A DNA stretch of 64,000 nucleotides from Pseudovirgaria hyperparasitica (lineage: Eukaryota). The stretch lies in assembly GCA_010093815.1 (NCBI GenBank), contig ML996566.1; one strand, 5' to 3'. The notes under the pieces were generated by a model that saw nothing but the letters and a program-made list of their open reading frames with translations, was not told the origin of the DNA and did not search any database. Numbering within the stretch: position 1 is the stretch's first letter; each line of letters starts with the position of its first letter. The translations under genes and the position numbers were made by a program. This document shows positions 25,389 to 37,700 of this stretch, piece after piece.

Positions 25389-26239
25389 CTATTTGAAAAT
25401 GACAATCAACAACACCAATATCACAATCAACACTACAATCAGCGACAGACTCCAATTATCCTTTGCTTTTCTGCTAAAGTTGTCCAGGTTCGAGCGCGCC
25501 CGGTTCAACGTACTCTGATGTCTGTTCACGCCCTCCTCGACGTCTTCCAGCAGCATGACGTGGTCGTCCAGCTCGTTGCCGATCTGCATGCTCAGCTCGC
25601 GCTGTCGCCCAATTGAGCGTCCGAGTGTGTCGAGTTGCTCGTCTTGCTCTTGTATCACGCCCTGGTGATACATGTGGATTTGTTCATTTGACAAGTAGGC
25701 CTGGGCGTCTACGGCCGAGGGCTCTGAAGGCTCATCCGTGTAGCGGGCGGGGAAAAGTGCAGCTCGATTCGGATCCGGAGATGCTGGGGTTGGAGGTGAA
25801 GAAGAGGAAGAAGCATCGGTAAAGCGGACAGATTTGCTGGCGGGCTTTTGCGCGGCGGCGAAGTCGGGCGCGAGAGAGGATGAGTTTGGGGATGTGAGGG
25901 CTGCGTCAGGAGAGTGGCCGAAGCCGTGGAATTGGGATTGGAGGGCGGAGAGTTGGGATTTCAGCCGGGGGAGGTCTTGGGCGTAGGTGCTGGGGACAGC
26001 AGGTCAGATCATGCATGCATGCCATGTAGGAGAAGGGCCATGTAGGATATAGAGACGTACGAATCAGGTCTTGCTTCCAGTGCCTCGATGCCAGACGAGA
26101 GCGACTCGAGCGATCTGGAAATCTGGCCATCGTGAGAATTGGGCTCGAGATTCAGCGAAATGGCCCGCTGTCGCTCGAGGAGGGATAGCTTGATGTGATC
26201 GGCGAGGAGGAAGAGCTGCGACGGGTTCGAGGAGGACAT
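25389..26239 (-). CDS. SYN8: Qc-SNARE syntaxin-8-like
   Basis: N-terminus MSSSNPSQLFLLADHIKLSLLERQRA; intron 26060-25990; SNARE motif QEQDEQLDTLGRSIGRQRELSMQIGNELDDH; C-terminal TM anchor. Confidence 0.9.
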
Positions 26240-26988
26240 GGCGCTTCTTTTTTTGGCGACTCCTCGATGGGAGTGGGTAGGCTCGATGGGAGTAGAAAGT
26301 GAGCTGAATGGCAGAATATGCACCCAAGCGCAGGCACAAACAACCGCTGCCGGGGCGTCGGGCCGCCGGGGACTGGTATAGGAGAAGCAAACTTTTGGCT
26401 GAGGAGAAAGGAAAAAAAAGACAAGTTGAGGTTGTACACAGTCTCGGCGATCAGGAGGCTCGGGAGTGGTGTAGATGAGATTGTTTGGCTGGCGGTGTAT
26501 TGTGACGGTGATGTAGGAGAGGAAGAGCGATTGGGAGTGTCGTCAGTGCTACCAGGGCCCCCCCCTACTTACCTAGGTACTTACCCCCCCGCGCGCCTTA
26601 GCAAATGCAGCAGTCGCAGGTGGTGCAGGCGTCTTTTGCAGCGGGCCTAGTCCCTACGAATCACGAATCGGTCCGCCGTCCGCGGGAGTTCCTCCGCCGA
26701 ACGCTCCCTTGGCTCCTCCGTCGTCACTACCCACCCTGCACCACATCGACAATACACTTCCAGGTACAACAAACGTGCACGCGCATTCCTCCATTGTTCA
26801 TTCACTTCCCGCCCCCTGCCCTTATCCTTCTTTGCTCACACATACACGCTCGCAAATTGCCTCATTCCACAGCGCCCGCTTTTGCTCTCTTTGCAATGCC
26901 CCCTCTCATCTTATAGCCTTTCGTTTCCACCTGTTGACCACAGGCCCCTTTCGTCCGACCTTCGCTTTCAACCTCGCCCAAAAACAAC

Positions 26989-28502
26989 ATGTCGGATGCT
27001 GGAGATCGTAGCTCGCGACGCTCGTCCAGGGCTGCTGCCAGTAGGCCACACTCGCCTCCGAGAAGCCCTCCGATCGAAGTCGCAGGTTCAAGTTCTAGGA
27101 CTCCAGAGTTCCTGGAGCGGCACAACAATGATGCCCAAATTGTCGGTCACCCTCCGAGTACCCCTTCACCGATTGCCATCGCTGCAGCATACTCACCATC
27201 ATGTCGACTTCGACAGCCTCAGGACCAGTCTTCAGCCGCCCCCAACCTTTCAGTCGACCTCAGAGAGGTCGAGTATGTCTCTAACGTAGACGACAACTTG
27301 GTCTGTCTGATCTGTCACTGCCCCTTCGTTGAGCCGCGCATCCTGTCGTGCGATCATGCGTTCTGCAAGGAATGTCTGGTTCAGGCCTTCGCTGTCCAGC
27401 GTCCCACACATACGACGTGCCCGACCTGCCGCACTCCGGCCAAGCTCGAGGACTGCTCCCAGAAAGTCCACCGAATGACCGAACGCATGCTGGACGAGTT
27501 GGTTATAAAGTGTCCAAATAGCTACCTGGGTTGTGGCTGGGCCGAAAAAAGAGTTGACGTACAAGACCACATTGAGCTATACTGCAGCTATACCATGTTG
27601 GCGTGTCCTGACAGGGACTGCAAGCTTCAGATCCTAGCAAAGGACTTTCATCGTGGCTGCCTGCATGGCACCGTGAGTTGCCGAGACTGCCACATCTCGA
27701 TGATGAAGAAGGACATCCAGGTAGCGTACAACGTTACGAACAAGTATCGGGTGCTGACGCCACTTAGGATCACATGAAGAAGTCGTGCGAGAATCGCATG
27801 ACTACCTGTAATGAATGCCAGAAAGAGCTTGTTCGCGTTGACTTGCCGTCCCACCTTGCCGAGTCCTGTCCAAAGGCTATCATACCCTGCACCGGCGAGC
27901 CTATCGGCTGTGACTTCAAGGCTGAGCGTGTTGACGTCTTGAAGCATACACCAGATTGTCCCATGGTAAAGATGTATCCTCACTTCGCCGCACAGAACGC
28001 CAAGATTGAGGAGCAGGGCAAGGCTCAGAAGCTTATGAATCGCAAGATCAACATTCTGGAAGGTAGCATGTCAGCTCTTCAAGACATGCTTACTCCAGGA
28101 AACGTGCCGTCTTCATTGTCTGATATGAACGATCTGACCGGGGCTCCTTTCGACTCTGGCATTCATCACGTCCTGTCAGTCAATGAAACGCTTCGTGAGG
28201 AAGTCGACCGCACAACTAGTGCCCTGGCAGAGTTGGACGGCCGCTTAACCATGACGGTGTTGAATGAACAGAGTCGTACTAGGGACGAGCTCTTGCACAT
28301 CAATCATGCCATTGGATCCATGCGAGTGCAGCTTCAATGGCTAATCAGCGCGCGTATACAGGCTCAGGGACGTGTTTCGGGCAGTTCAGTTCCAAGTGCT
28401 AGCGGACCTTCCGGGTCTGCCAGCGCCGGTTCTAGTTCCGGGGTCAACCTGCAGCCTGTCCGTCGACTGAGCGATCCGAACCGTCAAGACCCCAAGCTAT
28501 AA
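26989..28502 (+). CDS. RING + TRAF-type zinc-finger protein (TRAF-like, putative E3 ligase)
   Basis: C3HC4 RING CLICHCPF..CDHAFCKEC..CPTCR; TRAF zinc fingers (CPN...CGW...H..C; C..C....L.SH...C); coiled coil. Intron 27721-27767 joins the two ORFs in frame. Confidence 0.88.
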
Positions 28503-29201
28503 GCTGGTTATCAAGCAGGCAAGCACACTTTACGAAATTATGAATTATTGACTACTCAAAAAAAGGCGTTCTCAAAAGCGGAAAAGACTTCTGGCGGTTG
28601 AAAAGTTCTGCTCACACGGGGGTGTTTGGAGGCTCAATCATCGAAAAATGGATTTGTTGTTGATATCATGATTCCGCGAAAAGGCGAAAAACGATTGGCG
28701 GAGCCACATGACTTTCAGCGTACTCAGTTTGTCAGGACGCAGTTTAGAGATTAGGATACCCGGGTTGTATTTGGAGTCGGATGGATGGAGCTGGCGTACT
28801 AGTAGAGCAGGCTTCACGACTCGACTCTTCGTCATATGGTGTGTGGCCCAAGGCGTTGTCGGACAGGTGTCTGTCTGTAGAACACATCGTCTTGAGACGA
28901 ACATTTGAATGCAAAACCTCAGGAGGAATTGCACAGGTCGGAGAGATAGCATCAACTCAACTCAAACATTCGATAATTCTACTGGCTGCTCGTGCTGTTC
29001 CTGAGGTTCTTGATGTAGCTAGCGTGAACCACTGGTCCGTGCTTATCAAAAGTCTTCCACCAACACTGACTGGTGTCCTTACACCAAACACAACAACGGA
29101 AGGGAGATGTACTGTCCGCGTTGAACATCTTAGCTACCACTCAAATATGTTTGATGTGGGAAATTGATCATCGACATTAGCACAAGTTGGTAGAAAGAGC
29201 T

Positions 29202-31052
29202 ATGGACATGGCGTCACGACAAAGTGTCAAAGTCCTCAGGGGCTGCGTCCTTGATACGATTCCAAGACGAACTCGGCTTCAACACATCAGGAACCGATCA
29301 TCTATGGCAGTCCCAGCAGCTTCGTGTCTGCTCCCTAAACATACACGTACATGTACCCAGGCACGCTTCTACACTTCATCATCGACACAACAAGACGCTC
29401 GTCACGCGACCTCGCTCTTCGACATGCACGACCGCGACGTCGAATCCATCATCAATGGCATCCGCCGCTTCCACGCCCACGGCGAACCCTACCGCATAGC
29501 ACACGGCTCCACAAACAGTACCCGGCCGCGCGCCCCTGGCACAAACGTCATCGACATATCCCGCCTCAACCGCGTCCTGCACATCGACCGCGACGCCCAG
29601 ACCGCCATCGTCGAGCCCAACGTGCCCATGGACCGCCTCGTCGAAGCCACTCTCGACCACGGCCTCATCCCACCCGTCGTCATGGAATTTCCCGGCATCA
29701 CCGTCGGCGGCGGCTTCGCTGGCACCTGCGGCGAGAGCTCCTCGTTTAAGCACGGCTTCTTCAGCGATAACATCGACTGGGCTGACATCGTCCTTGCGAA
29801 TGGCGAGCTTGTCCGTGTCTCGCCTGAGGTGCGGCCTGATCTCTTTTCTGGTGCGGCGGGCGCGCTGGGGACTTTGGGTGTTACGACGCGTGTGCAGATT
29901 AGGCTTGTTAAGGCGGAGAAGTATGTCGATGTTACTGTGCATCCGCTTACTACGACTGGCAAGGGCAACGATGGAGGAGAGGAGGATATCTTTGCTGCTG
30001 CTGTGGATAAAGCAGCGCTGTTCGCTCGCCGCTCAGACATCGACCATCTCGACGGCATCCTCTTCTCGCGCACCGAAGGTGCCCTCATGACCGGCACCAT
30101 GACATCCGCCCCTCTCTCACTCTCCTCATCCTCATCTTCATCCTCACACACAAACCCCCAACAACTAACACGCTTCTCCCGCCCCAAAGACCCCTGGTAC
30201 TACATGCACATCTCCCACCTCCTCACCCAACAACCCCACAACCCACGCCCAACAACCTTCCGCACCCCGCTCGCAGAATACCTCTTCCGCTACAACCGCG
30301 GCGGCTTCTGGGTCGGCCACGCCGCATTCGAGTACTTCCACTTCCCCTTCACCGCGCTCACACGCCGCCTGCTCGACGACTTCCTGCACACCCGCATGAT
30401 GTACACCGCCCTGCACGCCTCAGGCCTAAGCGAGCGCTACATAGTACAGGACTACGCGCTGCCGTTCAGCGGCGCGGTCGGGTTTCTGAAAGGTGTCCAG
30501 CGAGACGTGGGCGTTTGGCCGCTATGGCTGTGTCCGCTGAGGACGGTGTCCGGGACAGCGCATTTCCATCCGCGGGCGCGGCGGGCGACAGAGAGTGCAA
30601 GTACGACTACGACAGAAGCAGGGACGGCGGAGGGACAGAAGGCAGACGAGGAGCAGCCCGAACACATCCTGAACATAGGCATCTACGGCTGGCCTCCTTC
30701 GCCTACTACCTGCACGCCCACCTTCGCAGCCGTGAACCGCCACCTCAACGCCCTCGCCGCCACCCATGGCGGCACGAAATGGCTGTACGCCCAATCCTTC
30801 TACACAGCCGAGGAGTTCTGGCAGATCTACGACCGGGCGTGGTATGAAGGATTGCGGGCCAAGTATGGGGCTGCTGGCGGCGGTAATAATAGCTTGCCGA
30901 GTGTGACGGATAAGGTTGCTTGGGATGGCGTGGAAAAGGAGCAGCAAGTGCGGGATGTGTGGCCGGCGGCGGGGATACGCGGGCTGAGGGCTGCGATTAA
31001 GAGTAAGTCGTATCTAGATGCGCGGAAGAGTCGGTGGAAGGAGTGGAGTTGA
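29202..31052 (+). CDS. FAD-binding oxidoreductase, delta(24)-sterol reductase (DHCR24)-like
   Basis: HGSTNSTR, VEPNVPMDRLV, PPVVMEFPGITVGGGFAGTCGESSSFKHGFF, GALGTLGV, YLFRYNRGGFWVG, WPLWLCPL, KWLYAQSFY. Start taken at the first ATG and is uncertain. Confidence 0.85.
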   Translation: MDMASRQSVKVLRGCVLDTIPRRTRLQHIRNRSSMAVPAASCLLPKHTRTCTQARFYTSSSTQQDARHATSLFDMHDRDVESIINGIRRFHAHGEPYRIAHGSTNSTRPRAPGTNVIDISRLNRVLHIDRDAQTAIVEPNVPMDRLVEATLDHGLIPPVVMEFPGITVGGGFAGTCGESSSFKHGFFSDNIDWADIVLANGELVRVSPEVRPDLFSGAAGALGTLGVTTRVQIRLVKAEKYVDVTVHPLTTTGKGNDGGEEDIFAAAVDKAALFARRSDIDHLDGILFSRTEGALMTGTMTSAPLSLSSSSSSSSHTNPQQLTRFSRPKDPWYYMHISHLLTQQPHNPRPTTFRTPLAEYLFRYNRGGFWVGHAAFEYFHFPFTALTRRLLDDFLHTRMMYTALHASGLSERYIVQDYALPFSGAVGFLKGVQRDVGVWPLWLCPLRTVSGTAHFHPRARRATESASTTTTEAGTAEGQKADEEQPEHILNIGIYGWPPSPTTCTPTFAAVNRHLNALAATHGGTKWLYAQSFYTAEEFWQIYDRAWYEGLRAKYGAAGGGNNSLPSVTDKVAWDGVEKEQQVRDVWPAAGIRGLRAAIKSKSYLDARKSRWKEWS

Positions 31053-31169
31053 GTTTGAAAGGCCCGGGTGGGGGATTGTTATTTTGAGGGATAGGTAGGT
31101 TATGTAATATTATATAAGATCAATGATAGAAGGGAGATATATATATCAGAGGGCTATATGTACTACGGA

Positions 31170-31172
<3 letters not shown>

Positions 31173-31218
<46 letters not shown>

Positions 31219-31222
31219 ACAC
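31173..31222. repeat. (AC)n microsatellite
   Basis: Long, nearly perfect AC run. Confidence 0.95.
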
Positions 31223-31722
31223 GCATTCTCCACAGAGCATGTGTTATATAGACAAATAACTGATAGAGCTGAGCTTATATATTACTACGGACGGAATACT
31301 CGTGCATCAATTGTACATCCAGGCCTTTTTCCAGTCTGGGGCGGGGGGATTTTAAAAACACAAAATCGCTAGTATACAAAGGAAAAAGGTGGGTTTGTTT
31401 CGTGCGGTGAAGAGGTGCAGTCTAGATCATCTCCATCTCCATAGGCGCAACGCGCTGGTATGATGTGATGTGAAGTGGTGTGTGGGGTTGTGTGTTGGTA
31501 AGGGGGTATCTCCGCAATGCATGCAAGATCATATTGCAGAAAAAAAAACACCTGCAGAAAAGCGCAGAGAGCAAAGAAGAAAGAGAGAGCGGCGGCTTCA
31601 CCAAATGGACAGCCAGTCAATGCTAAGCCAAGCTTCGCCATAGCCAATAAAGGAAACGCGTTATTGAATAATGTGCAGTCTGATAATTTTTGTTGTTTCA
31701 TCTCGTGAGCCCGCGTGCTGGC

Positions 31723-34700
31723 TCAAAACTCCCATCCGCGCTCCTCTTCTTCATGTCCACCAAGCTCCTGCTCTGGCGCTCCTCCGTCGATAACGCTATC
31801 TTCATCGTCGTAAAACCCATTCATGCTGATCTCCTCGTCACGCAACATTGGGTCTTGGTCGTAGCTGGATTCGCGGAGAAGCGGCGGCGTGCTTGGGCTT
31901 TGCGCAGGTTGTTTGCCCATCTGTTTGCTTGTCAAGCCCGTAAATCGCTGGCCTGTCGAGCCAAACGCAGAAGGCTGCTCAGGGTAATGTTGTGGATGTT
32001 GGTGCCGGGACTGCTGTGGCATGGTCTGGGGATGCGGTTGGGGAGAGGCGCGACGCACATTTGAGGCTGGCGGCGTCATCAGGCCGGAAAGGATAGATTG
32101 CGAATGCGAGGGTACTGGCGATGGCTTTGGTCGAGAAGGAGTGAGACTGCGGTTCAAGGCGTTCGACAGTTGAGGTTGCTTGAGCTGGGGAATGGATGCC
32201 GTGCTGCCCGCTCGACTGTCTCTGCCACCCTTACGCCAGTTGCCAAACGCTGCGGCAAGCTGAGCTGCTTTCGGCGTTGCCAGGTTGGAAAGCGTTGATA
32301 GCGTAGGGAAAGAATTGCCATTTCCACTTATCAGCCGCTCCTTTTCCTGTTGCTCCATCTGTAGGTTAGTGCGGATGCGGATAGCCGCGTCGCGAACAGC
32401 CTCGCGATTGACGTTGGGTTGGCCAAGAGCATTGATCAGCTCGCTGATATCATCAACCCGTACTCCAAGGAGCTCACGAAGCCAGCCGATCTCGGTATCG
32501 CGCTCCTTGAGCTTGGCTGGAGCCTCAGTATCGATTTCTTCAAGCTGCCGTTCAAATGATTCGATACGAGTTTCGCGTTCCTGCAGTTGCTCCTGCAGAA
32601 CGACAATAGACTCTCGTAGGGCTTGAGGAGATACCTTCTCCGGCACTCCTGCGTAGCCGCCTGGCGCTTGTTGTGCAGCGGGCGACTTGACGGATGCAGC
32701 AGTGAGAGCAGCAGCGTTAGCAGCATCCCGAGCAACCTTGAGCTGTGACTCGAGATGTTCGGCCTTGGACTTGAGCAGTTCAGCTTGGTCTTCAAGGTGT
32801 TCAAGCTTCGCGTTCGAAAGATTCAGTCGTTCCTTGAGATGCGTCTCCTCACGGCGGCTGTCTTCACGGACGTTCTCCAGCGCCCGGGCGTGTTGATTGC
32901 GGATCTCTTGGTATATCCGCTCATGTCGTTCCTTGACCTCGTCGATTGCAGCCTCACGCTGATTGTAGGCCTCGTTGAGGGCATTGCGTCGAGCGTCCAA
33001 CGCTTCTTCGAGTTGAACTTCGTAACGAGCCTTGGTCTGATCGTAGTCCATCTTCAAGTTGTCAAAGTCAGCTTGCAGTCTTTGCTTCTCCCTGTCGGCA
33101 TTCGATCGAAGCATATTGATCTCATTGTTGGCAGCTTGCAAATCAGCTTCCATGAGGCGTCTAGTGCGTTGCACTTCTGTTTGTCCCATATGTCTGGCTT
33201 CCCGGAACTCGCGCTCATAACGAGCAGCGTTTCTTTCGTGCTCATCGCGCTCATTTCTGAGCTTCTCCGAACTCTCTTCAATCTTCGAAAGTTGTTGCTC
33301 GGTGTGTTCCAGCTTGACTCTGAGGCGCATGCCTTCCCGTTCCTGAGTCTCAAGTCTTTCCAGCTCGCGCTCGAGTCGTTCTCGAGTTCGAGCCTCCGCC
33401 TCGATCCGGGCACGAAGTACCTCGTATCTGGTCCTGTGCTCCTCGTCCTTCTTTTGCCATGTTGACTTTTCTTCGGCAATTGAGCCAGCAGCTTGGGTCA
33501 TGTCATATTGAAGTTTCTCAATCTTAACACGCATGCCTTCACGGACCCGCACGACTTCTTGAAGCTGTAGCTTGACGCTGTCAGATGTCTTCTTGAGCTC
33601 GTCATTCTCGATCTTGAGGTCCTCATTCTCGGCGCGGAGCTCATCGTTGCGTGACTTGCTGTGAGTCATCTCGTCACGCCATTTGTTGCTCGAAAGACGG
33701 TACTCGTCGATAGTGGCCTCGAGAGCTTCGTTCTGATCTTGTAAGGTAGCAAACTTCCGGCGGAGCTCTTCTTCCGCAACTTGCCGAGAAGAACGTTCCG
33801 AGCGAGTGTTATGCAGCTCCTCATGTAGCGCCCGAGTCTTTGATTCTTCATCTCTCAAGCTTTCCCGAATAATGTTAATCTCTTCGTCGTTGAGCTTGAG
33901 CAAACGTTGGGCCTCCTCCTCGCGCTTCTCGGCAGTTTCGCGTGCCTCTCGTTCTTGGTCGACCTTGATCGAGGCTTCCTTGATCATGGCTTCAAGGTCA
34001 GCGATACGGCCTTCATTCTCAAGAATGCTCGCGTTGTCGGACTTCTTCTGTTCCTTAGTGTCTTGACGCTCAAACGCCTCTTCAATGAATTCGCGAATCT
34101 CGTCCTTGTTTTGCGTCGCAACATATTCCTGACGAGCGATGGCCTGGTTCATGATCTCCCGCAAGTCCTCCTTGTGCTGACCAGTCGACTCATGGTGTCG
34201 CTCCAGGGTCTCATGCATGAGCGCTTTGAAGGTTTCGTTCTTCTGATCAACATCGGTGTGTTGGCGCCGAAGTGCCTCTTCCATAATATCCTTGAAGTCT
34301 TCGAGAGAGACATGATTGGAAGCTGAATGAGCCAATTGTACCTTCATTGCAGCTAATGCCTGGTACACTTCAGAAAGGCTGAAGTCGTGCTTATCCTCAG
34401 TAACTTCTGGCATTGCGGTCCGGATCTGTAATTGCTCCGAGAGAGATGCTTTGAGATCGTTGATTGTGTCGTAAAGCTCCTTTGTGTTGACAGACGGTAG
34501 TTGTGGAGACTTTGGCTTCGTGTCCTCCAGAGACTGCTTCTCGGCCATGGAAAGCTTGAAGTCCGAAAGAGCAGAGTAGAAGTCCGACAAGTCCACCTGC
34601 GCAGGGGCTGGTGGCTCCACTGGTCTGGCCGCCACCTCAGCAGCAATCCTGGCCTGCTCCTCCTGCTGCTGTCTCTGCTGTTCGGCGAGCGAAGACTTTA

Positions 34701-37700
34701 GCTCGGCAAAAGCTTGATGAACCTCAGAAAAGTCTGGCGCGGGTGGTTGGGCAGCCAGAACCTCAGCTTGATGCTGTTTCTGCTGCTCCGCAAGAGAGGT
34801 CTTTAGTTCAGCAATGGCTTCGTTGATGGCGGTCAAGTCAGGTGGTGTCGATACGATCTTCGGTTGATCCGCCCGCTGTTCGGCGAGAGAGACCTTGACG
34901 TCGGCCAAAGCCGAATATATTTCAGATAGGTCAAGAGGCGGGGCTGATGGAGTTGGCGTTGCAGAACGTGGGTCATTTTGCTGCTGTTGCGAGGCAAGCG
35001 CTTCCACGACAATTGATCTAATTTTCTCAAGCTTGCGATCTTTGAGTGGCGAACGATTACGGAAGCGTTGCTCATCGAGGTCGTCATCTTCATCATCAGC
35101 ATCGCTGCCGAGTGGCTCCGTGGAATAACTCCTGCGCGTGCTTCTAGCACTGCGTCTAGACATTGCTGCAACAGACTCCTGCATGAGACGCATTGTCTCT
35201 TCAAGTGGCCCAAGACGAGTGGAGAGAACGCTATCAATGAGACCATCCACATGGTGGTCGAAGAAGCGAGCACGAGATTGCAGCTTGTCAATGCCGGCTT
35301 CATCTGAGACCATGTCGTCCCAATCGCTGACAGGAGCATCTTCTGCAGTGTTGAGACGGTGTACAGGAGACTCATACGCAAGACCAGCCCTGGAATCGCT
35401 GAAAGGATCTTGGATGAGTTCTGATTCACCATGTCGCATACCGGTTGGAGCTTGCATTCTGCGGGGGCTCGGGCTGGGTGCATCGCTACGTAGATTGGTG
35501 AAATTGGGTCGCAGATTGGGTGTGCCGAAGTCCATAGAGCCTTGTGGCTGGCTAGAACGTTCCCAAGTCTGAGCCTCTTCCTTCTCAACGCCAAAGTCCG
35601 AACCGGCATCATTCATATGCTTCATGACCTCGTCGATATCGTTGAACGAGGGCTGCGCAAAGGAATCGAAATCGACACTATCGTTATCCGCATGCGGCAT
35701 CGGTCTACGCGACAATGCAGTTCTATACGACCCATCGTCGCTTGGACGGAAGGTTGTGGTCGGGCTGCGGCTGACCTGCCTGTTAGGAGCGCTTGAATTG
35801 TGCTCTATGTCAGTGACATCAGAAGGCTTCGTAACGTGAAGACCAAATTCAAATGCACCGGAGCCAGAACCAATCCGGGGTGTGAATTCCTTGGCGATGG
35901 CCGAGAGCGAGCTCTTGTTTGCCGCGTGATTGCTTGGTGGACGTTCTGGCAGCTTTTCCACAGAAGCAGAAATGCTCCCGTCGTGTTCGGTCATCGAACG
36001 ACTGTCGTCCAGGAAGCTGGAACCAACAGGTGTGGCATCGGAGCTTCTGTTGATCCCCACAATATCTGCCGGTGCGTGCGCCCGAGGAGCTGGTAAGGCC
36101 TCCTTGACGACTGGCTTCGTAGGTGCAAGATTTTCCTTTGCATCTGGTATGGGGCTTCTCTCGACCTGGGGTTCTTGCTTCGAGGCCTGGAACTGAGTAG
36201 TCTCGGAGAGCGGCTGGGAAGCAAGAACGGGCTGCGGCGCGAATTTGGGCAGAGTGTCCCCATCATCGCCAAACCTTCTAGCCCTCTTCTGCCGGGCATC
36301 TGACTGGGTAACACGGCCATCGGCGTCTTCTTGATCTTCTTCTTCGATCTCATCATCATCAGACCCCGATCTCGCGCCAGAGGCTCTTCTAGGAACAGCG
36401 TCAGGGCGGATGATGGGTACAGCCTTGGAGCGTTTCGCAGGTTTGATGATGTCCTTGTGACTGAAGTTGATCGGTCCGAATATGTGAGATTGCACTTCTT
36501 TCTCTTCAGCCTCAGCTGGCTCCTCAGGCATTATAGCAGCATCTACATTTGGTCGGAATGAGGTAGAATCAGGCTTGAAAGCAGGACCACTGGAAGCAAA
36601 GTTGAAATCTCCGCTAGGGGCAGGATTCGAGTTTAGGCTCGCACCAGGAGTAAAGCTAGGTGCAGCCACGTTCCAGCTGCTCGCAGCAGGGTTGAAAGAA
36701 AATGGTGCTGCCGAGCCGTAAGGAACGCTTCGACTGAAGCTGTTCTTCTTATGGCCTCCGCTTGGTTGATACTCGAAACCCAGTGAGTTGAACGAAAAGT
36801 TGCCCGGCTGAAAGGACGCCGTTGGATTGAACTTGAATTCTTTTGCACTGGCGTTGAGACTTGAGCCAATTGAGGCCTTTGAAGCACGGCTACCGTGTCC
36901 TGGTTTCCAGATGTTACTGCCTTGAGACGTTGTCGCTGAATGCATTCTGGCGCCAACAGCTTTCTCTTCCGCACTTGGGTTGGTGATTTCTGATATATTG
37001 GTCTTCGCGTCGTCACTAATGTCACTCCTACCATTTGCTGCAGCTGTGTTGTATGAGTTCTGCTTCGTTTGTGTCAGGGAGTGATTGCGGTTATGAGGCT
37101 GCGGCTGGTGAAGCACTTGCTCAACTGGACGCGGGCGTCTCCATTCGGAAATGCTATCATCCAATTCAGATTGGTGAGAAATCTTGGGGCTCTCAGCACC
37201 GAAGCGACTACCGGGACTGAACTGCCCTCCTGAAGCAACGTCCTTTTCGAAGGTGGCCTCGAGGTGGTAGTCAGCGGACTCAACGTCGCGCTGCAGGTTT
37301 TCACTAATATTGTGCTGATGACGTGGCTTTGGTACGGCCATCTCCGTCTCAGCACCTTTGACTTGGTGTGGTACATCATGTTCTTCCTCGGCCTCTTCTT
37401 CTGGGACTTCCTGAAGAGTGGACGATGGTCTCAAGTTCGTCAGACCGGGAGATTGCATGCGCTGTTGATGTAGCTGCGCAAGCAAATCGTCCTTCTGAGG
37501 GAAAGAGTATGTTTGCGGCGTGAAGCCAAAGGGTGATACGGGTGACATAGTGTCGTTCAGACTTGGCATACTGTTGTTTTGGGAGATGCCTGGTGAGCCG
37601 CCTCTTGTTGTGGCTTGTGATCCAAAGTATGATTCATGTGGGGAAAAGGTGCGGAATCCTCCAGGTGGCGTTGCTTGAGGAGCAAAACTTGACGGCATCG

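Noticed and set aside
31723..34300. Calling the 2552-aa protein a myosin heavy chain
   Set aside because: No motor-domain P-loop (GESGAGKT) or IQ motifs; only generic coiled coil.
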